A stretch of 64,000 nt of DNA from Candidatus Cloacimonadales bacterium (lineage in GTDB: Bacteria > Cloacimonadota > Cloacimonadia > Cloacimonadales > JAIOQZ01). A program made the translations under genes and the position numbers. Where the stretch lies: assembly GCA_963665815.1 (NCBI GenBank), contig OY762463.1:3104001-3168000 (forward strand), read 5' to 3'. Position 1 is the first letter of the stretch. Every line of letters begins with the position of its first letter. Below are positions 18,301-27,114 of this stretch, piece by piece. Under the pieces are notes generated by a model. It did not search any database, was not told the DNA's origin, and was given only the letters and a program-made list of their open reading frames with translations.

Positions 18301-19251
18301 TTATTTAAAGTATAGAGCAAATATTATACTGATTATTCCCAGTATCAGTGGGTACTTCAGGAAAAAACGTATAGACTGCTCAGTTCTGAAACGAGGGAAA
18401 GCAACTCCAATAAAAACGCTGAACATATAGATAAAGAATGTTTTTATAACCATTATTGCAATTGCAACTAAATGTTCAACAAAAGTTCCGGCAGCAACAG
18501 CAGTTCCTCCAAAGAATAAATTCATGAACAGTACAAGCTTAGCTGCATTGAAAACTGATCTGTTTGTTTGCAGCACACCTAAGAATCCACTGTGAAACTC
18601 AGTTGGAGGTCCGATTGCTATTTCCTGAGGAGCAAGAACAATATCAAAAGGAGAGTGCATATTCATTCCCAGCATTGCGATCATTGCAGTAATAACAGCT
18701 AAAGGATTTGTGAAAAGTGTCCAGTTAAGTATACTTCCCTGCTGAGCTGCTACAATGTCCACAATCGATAATGTATTATACTGTATCATCAGCGAAATTA
18801 TTGAAAGAGTAAACGGTAGTTCAAAGGCTGTCATTTGAGAAAGCCCCCGGGCAACACCAACAGCGCTGTAAGGGTGTCCGCTCTCTCCTGCCCCAAGTGC
18901 CATACCAAGCTGTCCAAAGAACATAAAGTACAGTACAAGCAGGATATCTCCAGCAAAATGAAAGTTTGCAAACATGATTGAATTGTGAATTATAGGTATG
19001 AACATAAGAGTTCCAATCCCACCGGCAAGTCTGAAAACCGGTCCCAGATAGAACATTACTCCGTGAGTAATCATTGTTCTTTTACCATAGGTTTTGATTA
19101 TATCCATATAAGGCTGCCATAATGGAGGACCAAATCTTCCGTGTACTCTGGCGACTATTTTTCTGACTGTCCCGTTGAGAATCAGTCCATAGTTAACTAT
19201 AACAAATAAGCTTATAAAAGCATTACCCACAGATTTCAGTATATCAGACAT
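18301..19251 (-). CDS. mbxM: MbxM/NuoH-like membrane subunit
   Basis: RKIVARVHGRFGPPLWQPYMDIIK, PFDI..APQE, FPRFR. Confidence 0.9.
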   Translation of the reverse strand: MSDILKSVGNAFISLFVIVNYGLILNGTVRKIVARVHGRFGPPLWQPYMDIIKTYGKRTMITHGVMFYLGPVFRLAGGIGTLMFIPIIHNSIMFANFHFAGDILLVLYFMFFGQLGMALGAGESGHPYSAVGVARGLSQMTAFELPFTLSIISLMIQYNTLSIVDIVAAQQGSILNWTLFTNPLAVITAMIAMLGMNMHSPFDIVLAPQEIAIGPPTEFHSGFLGVLQTNRSVFNAAKLVLFMNLFFGGTAVAAGTFVEHLVAIAIMVIKTFFIYMFSVFIGVAFPRFRTEQSIRFFLKYPLILGIISIIFALYFK

Positions 19252-22200
19252 TTATTACTCCTGATAAGAAAAAGATTGCTATGATGTATAATACAACCTG
19301 TAATGCATAGACTTGAGCATTACCGGAGAAAATGTATTTCAGACCCGATGCTATCGCATGATTAAGATCATAGATAAACTCCCAGAATTTTTCCACAGAT
19401 GAGTTAAGCAGAGGTGAGAAAGCTTTTTTGTAGAATGGGAAGAAATTATAGGCATAATGTGTAGTTTCAGGTTTATATGGCCGCTCTGCCGCAAAGACAA
19501 TATTGAACTGACCAACTTTCTGAATTTTTCTCGTTGCAGCCAGCAGAATAAGAAATGCAAAGCCAAATACTCCCATTGTAACATTCATTACAAGGCTTCC
19601 ATTCCAGCTTGTAATTGAGCTTTTCAATAAATTACCATCCCAGACAAGACTGTGTCCGAAGATATCAGATACTGCACTCTGCACAGGTTTTACGATAGTA
19701 GAAGGGAACATTGAGAACAGCATGATAACACCTATCAGAATAAACTGAGGAATGATATACCATACAGGAGCTTCCTTGACTGCTTTATGTTCTGTTTTTG
19801 CCTGTCCGAGGAATATCGTATGAATGAGCCTGAACAGATAAAGAAACGCTATAGTGCTTATGAAGAATGCAGCTCCAGCCTGTAGATACCAGCCTTTCTC
19901 AAGCAGTCCGGTGTAAAGAAGCCATTTGCTGCCGAAACCTGCAAGTGGTGGTACTCCGGATATTGCAATTATCCCAATCAATACTGAGATGAATGTCAGA
20001 GGCATTTTCTTGATCAGCCCACCTGTCTTGTACATTGACATTGTATCCGTACGGAGATGTACTCCTGAAACTGCAAGGAATACAAGACCTTTAAAAACAA
20101 GGTGAAGGACTGTCAGATAGAGTGCCGAAATCCAACCAATATCGCTGAACATGGATATTGACAGGATAATGTATCCAATCTGTCCCATACTTGAATATGC
20201 CAGCAATTTCTTATAGTTTTCCTGGAACACTGCCAGAAAAGTTCCTGTAAACGCAGTCAAAATACCGATAATACTCAGTATCTGCATAATCAGTTCATTG
20301 CTCATCAAAAGAGGAGCCATAAGAATACTGAACAGGAAAAAACCATAAATACCTATCTTACTGAGCACAGATGAGAAAAATGTGGATATAATATCATCTG
20401 ATCGTGTATAAGCATCCGGAAGCCAGATATGAACACCACAGGCACCGGATTTAATAAGGAATGCCATTGATAGCAAGATGTAAACAATTATACCTGCTTG
20501 AGGAATTCCTACAAAGCTGATCATATATGTATTGTCGATGTATTTCCCTGCATAACTGAATCCCAGTAATAAAAGCACTGCAGATCCAAGGGAGAACATA
20601 ATATATTTGAGACCGGCAGCTTCTGTTTTTCTGTTATACAGAACAAGGAAGTAGGAGGATATTGTAATAAACTCCCATTGAACGAAAAACTGCAATGTTC
20701 TCTGAGCAACGATAAGAATAATTAAAGAGGATATCATCATTGCAAGGAATGGATAAAAACCCTGTTCTTTACCTTTTCTGTTCATTGAAGCAAAGACAAA
20801 GAGTAAAGATGCTGCCAGAAATATCCCTCCAAATATAAGTCTCAGATTACCGATATCACTTCCATAAAGCCTATACAACATCCAGGAATATCCTGAAATG
20901 GAAGCAATAAGCACTATTGACTTAGCTTTTGCTGTCAACCAGTCCAGAGTAAAGAAAATCATCAGGAAAAAAACAGGTGCATAAGTTATGTAATTCATTT
21001 GTTTTATAGGATTCAGTACAACACCGACAAGGAATAGAAGGAACAAAACAGCTATAACAGGAATAACCTGCATAAATCCATGATCAGTATTCCTGTTTAC
21101 AGGTTCAGCTGAATCTGTTTTTCTTACAAGAACTTTTCCCATCCACTTCAGCATGTAATATGATTCCAGAAGGACTCCCAGACCAATAGCAAAACTATAG
21201 AATGGATTCATGTTCTTCATCATTATGTTAAACAGTTGCCATTTACTCCAGAATCCCGGGAAAGGTGGTAATCCGATTAAAGCCAGAATAAAGATTACGA
21301 AAAAGATAAGAAGATCAGGGTGTTTCCTGAGATTCGTCCATTCATTAACTCGCTTTTCTTTTATAATACCGCTTATCCAGAATAAACCTGATTTTGCGAG
21401 GAAATGGTTGATGAATAAACCACCTGCGATTTTCAAAATCATATGATTATCCACATTTATGCTGAATAAGAAGACAATTGCAGCAATAATAAGATTTACC
21501 TGAGCAATTGAAGAATAGCCCAGCAGTCTGTTTGCAGCTTTCTGTCTCAAAGCAATTAGATTCATAAATACAAAAGATGCAACGGACAGAATAAACAGCA
21601 GATTTGCTGTATGTAGTGTTTTAAATATCAACAGACCTGTCAGTGGTAGAACTTTATAAAAGGCATAAACGCTTGCAGCTGTAATTACTGACGAGAACAT
21701 CGCTCCTGTACCTGAGTCCGCAGATTCGTAAACAGATAGTCCCCAGCCATTGGCAGGAAAAGGTTTCAGTTCAACAAATAGTGCTCCCAGAATGAAAACG
21801 ATTGCTCCTGCAAGTACTTTTTCAGCCTTGAACAATGTAAATTCTCTGGATACAGAAAGAAAATCCAGATGCAGTGAACCGCTTAAGTAATAAAGCATGA
21901 TTATTCCCAGGAGTAATACAATAGATGTTATTCCCGATGCAACCATATACTGAAATCCCGCAGAATACGATCTTTTGTCTCGACCTGAATATATAATTGC
22001 TGCTGATGAAAGAGACATAATCTCAATGAATACAAACAGATTAAATATATCTCTGGTCAGAATAATTCCGTTTATTCCTATAAACAGTGTAATTATGAGC
22101 ATGATAAAGTATTTGCTGCCCCTGACCATTTTCTGAGAATTATACATGATAGTAAGTATACCTGTAAAATTCACGAGAGTTAATAAAATTGATTCGATTA

Positions 22201-22435
22201 TTCCCATGTGAAGACTTATTGAGAAAGGAGGTTTTGAGCCTGCAGTAAACATTGAAACACTGATTTGTGTTCCGGACTGAGTCATATTCCAGAGCCAGAT
22301 GCCCGGAATTACTGCCGCTGCTGTCATAATAAGTCCGGAAACAATCACGGAGAACTTTCTGCTAACTTTATCAAACAGTGGTATAAGGAATACACCTGCC
22401 AGCATAACTATCAAGATATATATTGGGTTTACCAT
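19244..22435 (-). CDS. Fused MbxH+MbxH' (double MrpD/MrpA-like proton-translocating subunit)
   Basis: 1063 aa containing two complete antiporter modules: DIFNLFVFIEI...LGYSSIAQ...GLPPFPGFWSK and FFVQWEF...HIWLPDAY...LAYSSMGQ...GVPPLAGFGSK. Confidence 0.9.
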   Translation of the reverse strand: MVNPIYILIVMLAGVFLIPLFDKVSRKFSVIVSGLIMTAAAVIPGIWLWNMTQSGTQISVSMFTAGSKPPFSISLHMGIIESILLTLVNFTGILTIMYNSQKMVRGSKYFIMLIITLFIGINGIILTRDIFNLFVFIEIMSLSSAAIIYSGRDKRSYSAGFQYMVASGITSIVLLLGIIMLYYLSGSLHLDFLSVSREFTLFKAEKVLAGAIVFILGALFVELKPFPANGWGLSVYESADSGTGAMFSSVITAASVYAFYKVLPLTGLLIFKTLHTANLLFILSVASFVFMNLIALRQKAANRLLGYSSIAQVNLIIAAIVFLFSINVDNHMILKIAGGLFINHFLAKSGLFWISGIIKEKRVNEWTNLRKHPDLLIFFVIFILALIGLPPFPGFWSKWQLFNIMMKNMNPFYSFAIGLGVLLESYYMLKWMGKVLVRKTDSAEPVNRNTDHGFMQVIPVIAVLFLLFLVGVVLNPIKQMNYITYAPVFFLMIFFTLDWLTAKAKSIVLIASISGYSWMLYRLYGSDIGNLRLIFGGIFLAASLLFVFASMNRKGKEQGFYPFLAMMISSLIILIVAQRTLQFFVQWEFITISSYFLVLYNRKTEAAGLKYIMFSLGSAVLLLLGFSYAGKYIDNTYMISFVGIPQAGIIVYILLSMAFLIKSGACGVHIWLPDAYTRSDDIISTFFSSVLSKIGIYGFFLFSILMAPLLMSNELIMQILSIIGILTAFTGTFLAVFQENYKKLLAYSSMGQIGYIILSISMFSDIGWISALYLTVLHLVFKGLVFLAVSGVHLRTDTMSMYKTGGLIKKMPLTFISVLIGIIAISGVPPLAGFGSKWLLYTGLLEKGWYLQAGAAFFISTIAFLYLFRLIHTIFLGQAKTEHKAVKEAPVWYIIPQFILIGVIMLFSMFPSTIVKPVQSAVSDIFGHSLVWDGNLLKSSITSWNGSLVMNVTMGVFGFAFLILLAATRKIQKVGQFNIVFAAERPYKPETTHYAYNFFPFYKKAFSPLLNSSVEKFWEFIYDLNHAIASGLKYIFSGNAQVYALQVVLYIIAIFFLSGVINV

Positions 22436-22776
22436 TTGAGCTCCTTATAATCATCAACTGACAATGATTTTCCGGATTTCACCATATTTATTGCATAAGC
22501 CAGCATAACTGCCGTTACAGCCAGCCCGATCACAATTGCTGTCAGTACAAGAGCCGAAGGAACAGGATCTACTACATTCACGCTGCCCGGTGTAATTTTA
22601 TCTGTAAAAATCGGTGCTGTAGCATTTTTCATATATCCAAGAGACACAATTATCAAGTGTACTCCTGTATCTATTATTGAAAAACCAATAATAATTTTTA
22701 TTATATTTTTTCGTGTCAGCATTGCCCACAAACCTATTATAATTAAAGCGATACCTATAAACAGTGTTATTTTCAT
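22429..22776 (-). CDS. mrpC: MrpC/MbxG subunit
   Basis: NIIKIIIG, VDPVPSALVLTAIVIG. Confidence 0.9.
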   Translation of the reverse strand: MKITLFIGIALIIIGLWAMLTRKNIIKIIIGFSIIDTGVHLIIVSLGYMKNATAPIFTDKITPGSVNVVDPVPSALVLTAIVIGLAVTAVMLAYAINMVKSGKSLSVDDYKELKW

Positions 22777-22777
22777 A

Positions 22778-23473
22778 CTACTTCTCCATATTCTTCAGGA
22801 TTCCGCTTATTTCCGCACCTACTTTTATGCCGATTACAGAATATATTAATGGAATTGCTCCTGCACTGAATAACTTGAGATATTCACCTATACCGATAAA
22901 TCTCGGATCAAGAAAACCATTTCCAATAATAAAAGCTTTGTTTGAAACTAACAGTAAACCTGATAAACCCAGAAGAATATATATTACTCCTGAAGACGAT
23001 TCCAGCCAGTGCAGAATAGACTCATTAGTATTTGATGCTACATCAGAAAGTATCATCAAAACAAAACCGGAAGCAATAATAACTCCCCCCTGAAATCCTC
23101 CACCGGGAGAAAGATGACCATGAGAAAAGACGTAAATTCCAAGAACAACTATTGCTCCTAACAGCACGGATGTACCTGATTTCAGTATTTCAGAAGATTG
23201 TTTTCTCTTGAATTTTTTCCTTCTGCCAAGAAGAAAGCCGACTGCAGCAGTAGCAATAAAAAGAACCGTTACCTCTCCAAGTGTATCCAGTCCTCTGTAT
23301 GTTACAACAACAGCAGTAACTACATTGGGAGAATTCAGATCTTTTGGTGCTCCTTCCACATATTCCTTAGATACAAGCCCAAGCTCATCGTGTGGTTCAA
23401 TGAATAATGTCAAATACACCAGAATAGTAATTACAAGGAAAATTGCCAGAATAGTAAGAACTCTGTTAATCAT
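22778..23473 (-). CDS. mrpB: MrpB/MbxE-F subunit
   Basis: NVVTAVVVTYRGLDTLGE, HGHLSPGGGFQGG. Confidence 0.9.
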   Translation of the reverse strand: MINRVLTILAIFLVITILVYLTLFIEPHDELGLVSKEYVEGAPKDLNSPNVVTAVVVTYRGLDTLGEVTVLFIATAAVGFLLGRRKKFKRKQSSEILKSGTSVLLGAIVVLGIYVFSHGHLSPGGGFQGGVIIASGFVLMILSDVASNTNESILHWLESSSGVIYILLGLSGLLLVSNKAFIIGNGFLDPRFIGIGEYLKLFSAGAIPLIYSVIGIKVGAEISGILKNMEK

Positions 23474-23777
23474 TTATTTCCTCCCTGTCCAGCATATCAT
23501 TTGATTCTGAAAGATGAGAGTCATCCGCATTTTCCTTTTCCAGAATATCTCTGATTCTTCTTACAGCAAACAGGAAAACAATGGAAGTCAGTACAGATCC
23601 GATTGCTGCCTCTGTCATTGCCACATCAGGAGATGCCAGAATAAGATACAGAATACTGGCAATTAGACTTATAATTCCGGAAGCTATGATAGCAGAAATC
23701 AACTGACCTGAATAAACAGCATAAATTGCTGATATTATCATAATGAATCCTGCAGTAACTATTATTATTGTAGTCAT
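23466..23777 (-). CDS. DUF4040/MbxD subunit
   Basis: SPDVAMTEAAIG motif. Confidence 0.88.
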   Translation of the reverse strand: MTTIIIVTAGFIMIISAIYAVYSGQLISAIIASGIISLIASILYLILASPDVAMTEAAIGSVLTSIVFLFAVRRIRDILEKENADDSHLSESNDMLDREEIND

Positions 23778-24118
23778 TTACTCTCCTCACAATCTGATTT
23801 ATCAGTCTGAAGATCATCCCTGACTGTTTTTTCTGACATAAAAGTTTTAACACAATGTGCAGCCCTTGCCAATGCATGAGATGAAATCGGATTAGTAAAA
23901 AGAATGAAGACCATAAGAAGTATAATTTTCCCACAGCCAACTGTCTCAAAAAAACCTATGCTTATACCTGCGAGAAAAAGGATAGACCCTAATGTTGAGG
24001 TTTTTGTACCTGCCTGCATTCTATTATAAAGATCAGGCATTCTTATTAGCCCAAGAGACCCAAGCAGAAAGAAAATCGATCCTGCCAATGCAAATAAAGC
24101 CCCAATAATCTGAGCCAT
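23774..24118 (-). CDS. mrpG: MrpG/MbxC subunit
   Basis: GLIRMPDLYNRMQAGTK, TNPISSHALARAA. Confidence 0.9.
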   Translation of the reverse strand: MAQIIGALFALAGSIFFLLGSLGLIRMPDLYNRMQAGTKTSTLGSILFLAGISIGFFETVGCGKIILLMVFILFTNPISSHALARAAHCVKTFMSEKTVRDDLQTDKSDCEESK

Positions 24119-24378
24119 CAGAAACCTCCTTCAAGGTATCTTGCTACAGCAACAACCCCAAGGAAACTTATAAAACCGTAGACCAGTGCAACATCAATGT
24201 ACATTCTACGTCCTGACGTTGCTGCAAGAAAAACAATCAATCCGATTCCTATTATTGTCATTACATCAAGTGCTACAATTCTATCAGCAGGCGATGGACC
24301 TTTCAGGAATCTGAAAAAGCTAAGCAGAAATGCAACAAGTGCTATTATTGCACTGATATTGTATATTAGTTCAGCCAA
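24118..24378 (-). CDS. mrpF: MrpF/MbxB subunit
   Basis: RFLKGPSPADRIVALD, IDVALVY. Confidence 0.9.
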   Translation of the reverse strand: MAELIYNISAIIALVAFLLSFFRFLKGPSPADRIVALDVMTIIGIGLIVFLAATSGRRMYIDVALVYGFISFLGVVAVARYLEGGF

Positions 24379-24868
24379 AAATCACCTCCAGATACTTTTC
24401 GAAACTACCGACAATAGCTCTGGTTGTACTTTCAATATCTTTAGTTCCTACATCAATCCAGTGTATATAGAAAAAATCCTCATCTGTTTCAACGGTAAGT
24501 GTGCCGGGAGTAAGAGTTATAGAATTAGCAAGAAATAATCTTCCAATTCTTGATTTAAGTTTTGTACGAACTTTTACAATTCCGGGATTAATCGGAATTT
24601 TGGGATGAAGCACCCTGAAAGCAACATCAATGTTTGATTTGATAAGCTCTACAATGAATACAAAGATATAAATTATCAAATAAAGTAATGATTTGGGATT
24701 TAATCTGATTTCTGCAAAAATACTGTCACACCTTAAAAGGAAAATAGATACAAGAATACTTACTATTGCCCCCATTATCAGTTCCTGATTATCTTTCACA
24801 CCGGTAAGTGCAATCCAGACAATAAACAGAAACAGAGTAGAAACAATGAAATGCTTTAATTTTCTCAT
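24371..24868 (-). CDS. mrpE: MrpE/MbxA subunit
   Basis: SNIDVA, PGIVK, LANSITLTPGTLT. Confidence 0.92.
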   Translation of the reverse strand: MRKLKHFIVSTLFLFIVWIALTGVKDNQELIMGAIVSILVSIFLLRCDSIFAEIRLNPKSLLYLIIYIFVFIVELIKSNIDVAFRVLHPKIPINPGIVKVRTKLKSRIGRLFLANSITLTPGTLTVETDEDFFYIHWIDVGTKDIESTTRAIVGSFEKYLEVIFG

Positions 24869-24917
24869 GGATTATTTCTTTCCTCTTTTTAAAATTTCAT
24901 AATGTTAACTAAGTTAA

Positions 24918-24983
24918 AGTATAAAACTGAAAACCCAATAATGCAAGTTTTTTTCTTGCATATGAATACTTTTTTCAGATAAT
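24918..24983. promoter_or_regulatory. Back-to-back divergent sigma70-type promoters (mbx operon / 2-hydroxyacid dehydrogenase)
   Basis: Minus strand TTGCAT-N17-TATACT (24946-24918); plus strand TTGCAT-N16-GATAAT (24956-24983). Confidence 0.5.
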
Positions 24984-25002
24984 TAGTTCTCAAGGAGATA
25001 TT

Positions 25003-25962
25003 ATGAAAGTTTTTCTTACAAGAATGATACCGCAGAAAGCTATAGAAGCTTTTAAAGATAATTTTGAATTAAGTTTTAATAAAGATGATAGAGTCCTGAA
25101 AAAATCTGAAATTGTAGAAGGTGTAAAAAAATGTGATATATTATGCTGTATGCTTAATGATAGGATTGATCGAGATATAATTGAAGCAAACAAAAGTTTG
25201 AAAGCAATATGTAATTATGCTGTTGGATTCAATAATATTGATATTCAGGCAGCTGCAGAAAAAAACATACCTGTTACAAATACTCCGGGAGTACTTACAG
25301 AAACAACTGCTGAGCTTGCATGGGCATTAATGTTCGCCTGTTCAAGAAGAATTGCAGAGTCCGACAAATTCGTAAGAGCAGGAAAATTTCACTGCTGGGC
25401 TCCAACTATGCTGCTTGGTACAGATTTGTATGGTAAAACACTGGGAGTAATCGGTGCAGGACGAATTGGTCAAGCATTTGCAGAAAAAGCAAAAGCATTT
25501 AACATGAGGATCTTGTATAATAACAGATCAGCAAAACCGGATTTTGAAAAGAGATGTTCCGCTGAAAAGGTTTCTCTGGAAAAGATTCTGGCTGAATCGG
25601 ATTTTCTCAGCCTTAATGTACCGCTTACAGATGAGACTCATCACCTTATTACTCTTAAAGAACTCAAACAGATGAAAAAAACAACTATTATTATAAATAC
25701 TTCACGAGGTTCAGTTATTAAAGAAGACGATTTGTGCCATGCTCTGGAGAATGGGATTATAGGTGGGGCTGGTCTGGACGTTTATGAGTTCGAACCGGAT
25801 GTCACGCAGAAACTGAAAAAGCTGAATAACACTGTCCTTACACCGCATATAGGGAGTGGAAGTGTGGAAACAAGAACTAAAATGGGATTAATGATGTGTG
25901 AAAATGCAATAGCTATAAGAGATGGAAAAACTCCACCGAATCTCGTTAAACAGGAGAAGTAA
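25003..25962 (+). CDS. D-2-hydroxyacid dehydrogenase (glyoxylate/hydroxypyruvate reductase, D-glycerate dehydrogenase)
   Basis: AVGFNNID, NTPGVLTETTAE, GAGRIG, INTSRG, LDVYEFEP, TPHIGS. Confidence 0.92.
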   Translation: MKVFLTRMIPQKAIEAFKDNFELSFNKDDRVLKKSEIVEGVKKCDILCCMLNDRIDRDIIEANKSLKAICNYAVGFNNIDIQAAAEKNIPVTNTPGVLTETTAELAWALMFACSRRIAESDKFVRAGKFHCWAPTMLLGTDLYGKTLGVIGAGRIGQAFAEKAKAFNMRILYNNRSAKPDFEKRCSAEKVSLEKILAESDFLSLNVPLTDETHHLITLKELKQMKKTTIIINTSRGSVIKEDDLCHALENGIIGGAGLDVYEFEPDVTQKLKKLNNTVLTPHIGSGSVETRTKMGLMMCENAIAIRDGKTPPNLVKQEK

Positions 25963-26759
25963 TGGCTATAATTGAAAAAGGTAAGAAAACCGTTATTGGT
26001 ATGATCCATACTCTTGCTTTACCGGGAACTCCCAAATATAGAGGATCAGTTGATGAGATTGTGGATAAAGCCTGTAAAGAAACCGAAACTTATTCTGAAT
26101 ACGGAGTAAACACTATAATTCTGGAAAACATGCATGATGTACCTTACATGAACAGAAAAGTCGGACCTGAGATTACAGCTGCCATGACTACTGTTGCCTT
26201 GAATGTGAAAAAAATGTTCTCTGGAAATATTGGCATTCAGATTCTGGCAGGAGCAAATGAAGCAGCACTTGCTGTAGCCCTTGCAGCCAATCTCCAGTTT
26301 ATACGAGCTGAAGGTTTTGTTTACTCTCATGTTGCAGATGAAGGTTTAATGAATGCCTGTGCAGGAGAACTGCTGAGATATAGAAAGCAGATCGGTGCTG
26401 ACCATATACAGGTATTTACGGATATTAAAAAGAAACACTCTTCTCATTCCATAACCGATGATGTAAGCCTTGTTGAGACTGCAAAAGCAGCGGAATTCTT
26501 CCTGAGTGACGGACTTATTGTTACAGGCTCTTCAACAGGACTGCCGGCAGATGTTAATGAAGCGTCACAACTATATCATTCAACGGATCTGCCTGTATTG
26601 ATAGGTTCAGGCATAACATCCTCAAATATTGCAGAATATCTTTCTTTTGCAGATGGTTTTATTGTAGGCTCTTTTTTTAAAGAGAACCATTACTGGGAAA
26701 ATAAACTGGACCCTGCAAACATTGAATCACTATTCAATGCAATGTCTAAACATAATTAA
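25962..26759 (+). CDS. BtpA/SgcQ family TIM-barrel protein
   Basis: IGMIH..LPG.P, ENMHDVPY, ADEG, DIKKKHS, IVTGSSTG, GSG. Confidence 0.9.
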   Translation: MAIIEKGKKTVIGMIHTLALPGTPKYRGSVDEIVDKACKETETYSEYGVNTIILENMHDVPYMNRKVGPEITAAMTTVALNVKKMFSGNIGIQILAGANEAALAVALAANLQFIRAEGFVYSHVADEGLMNACAGELLRYRKQIGADHIQVFTDIKKKHSSHSITDDVSLVETAKAAEFFLSDGLIVTGSSTGLPADVNEASQLYHSTDLPVLIGSGITSSNIAEYLSFADGFIVGSFFKENHYWENKLDPANIESLFNAMSKHN

Positions 26760-27063
26760 CATTATTTTGTTGTTTACTAAGTTAAATATTTATTTTACTT
26801 AAACAAATATATTAAAATAAAAAAATTATTGACACGATTCATATACAAGATTTTTGAGTACGTCTCAGGATTTAGTATGCTGTTACTTTATAATTGTTTA
26901 ATAGCATAATAAATGATTATAGAGAAAAGTTTTTGCAACTAAATCTGGATAAACTTGGAAATTATATAGAATTTATATTCTTATAGTATCAATTTGATAG
27001 TATTATCCAGATTATTATTATGTGAGAACATGTAAGTAATTGCAAAATAACAGAAAATGATTT

Positions 27064-27079
27064 TGGCATACTAATTGCA
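27064..27079 (+). promoter_or_regulatory. Sigma-54 (-24/-12) promoter
   Basis: TGGCATACTAATTGCA with exact GG-N10-GC spacing, 35 nt upstream of the TonB receptor ATG. Confidence 0.7.
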
Positions 27080-27114
27080 TCCTGAACTAAGTAATAAAAA
27101 TTTCAGGTGGTGTT

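Noticed and set aside
13725-24868. Calling the operon a group-4 [NiFe] hydrogenase (Mbh/Ech) or canonical complex I
   Set aside because: The large subunit has no CxxC pairs, no nuoA/E/F/G genes are present, and the gene order is Mbx-like.
24903-26786. 15/16-nt direct repeat TGTT[A/T]ACTAAGTTAAA flanking the dehydrogenase-btpA pair (possible insertion scar or shared operator)
   Set aside because: Very AT-rich and plausibly a chance match; no mobility gene or other support.
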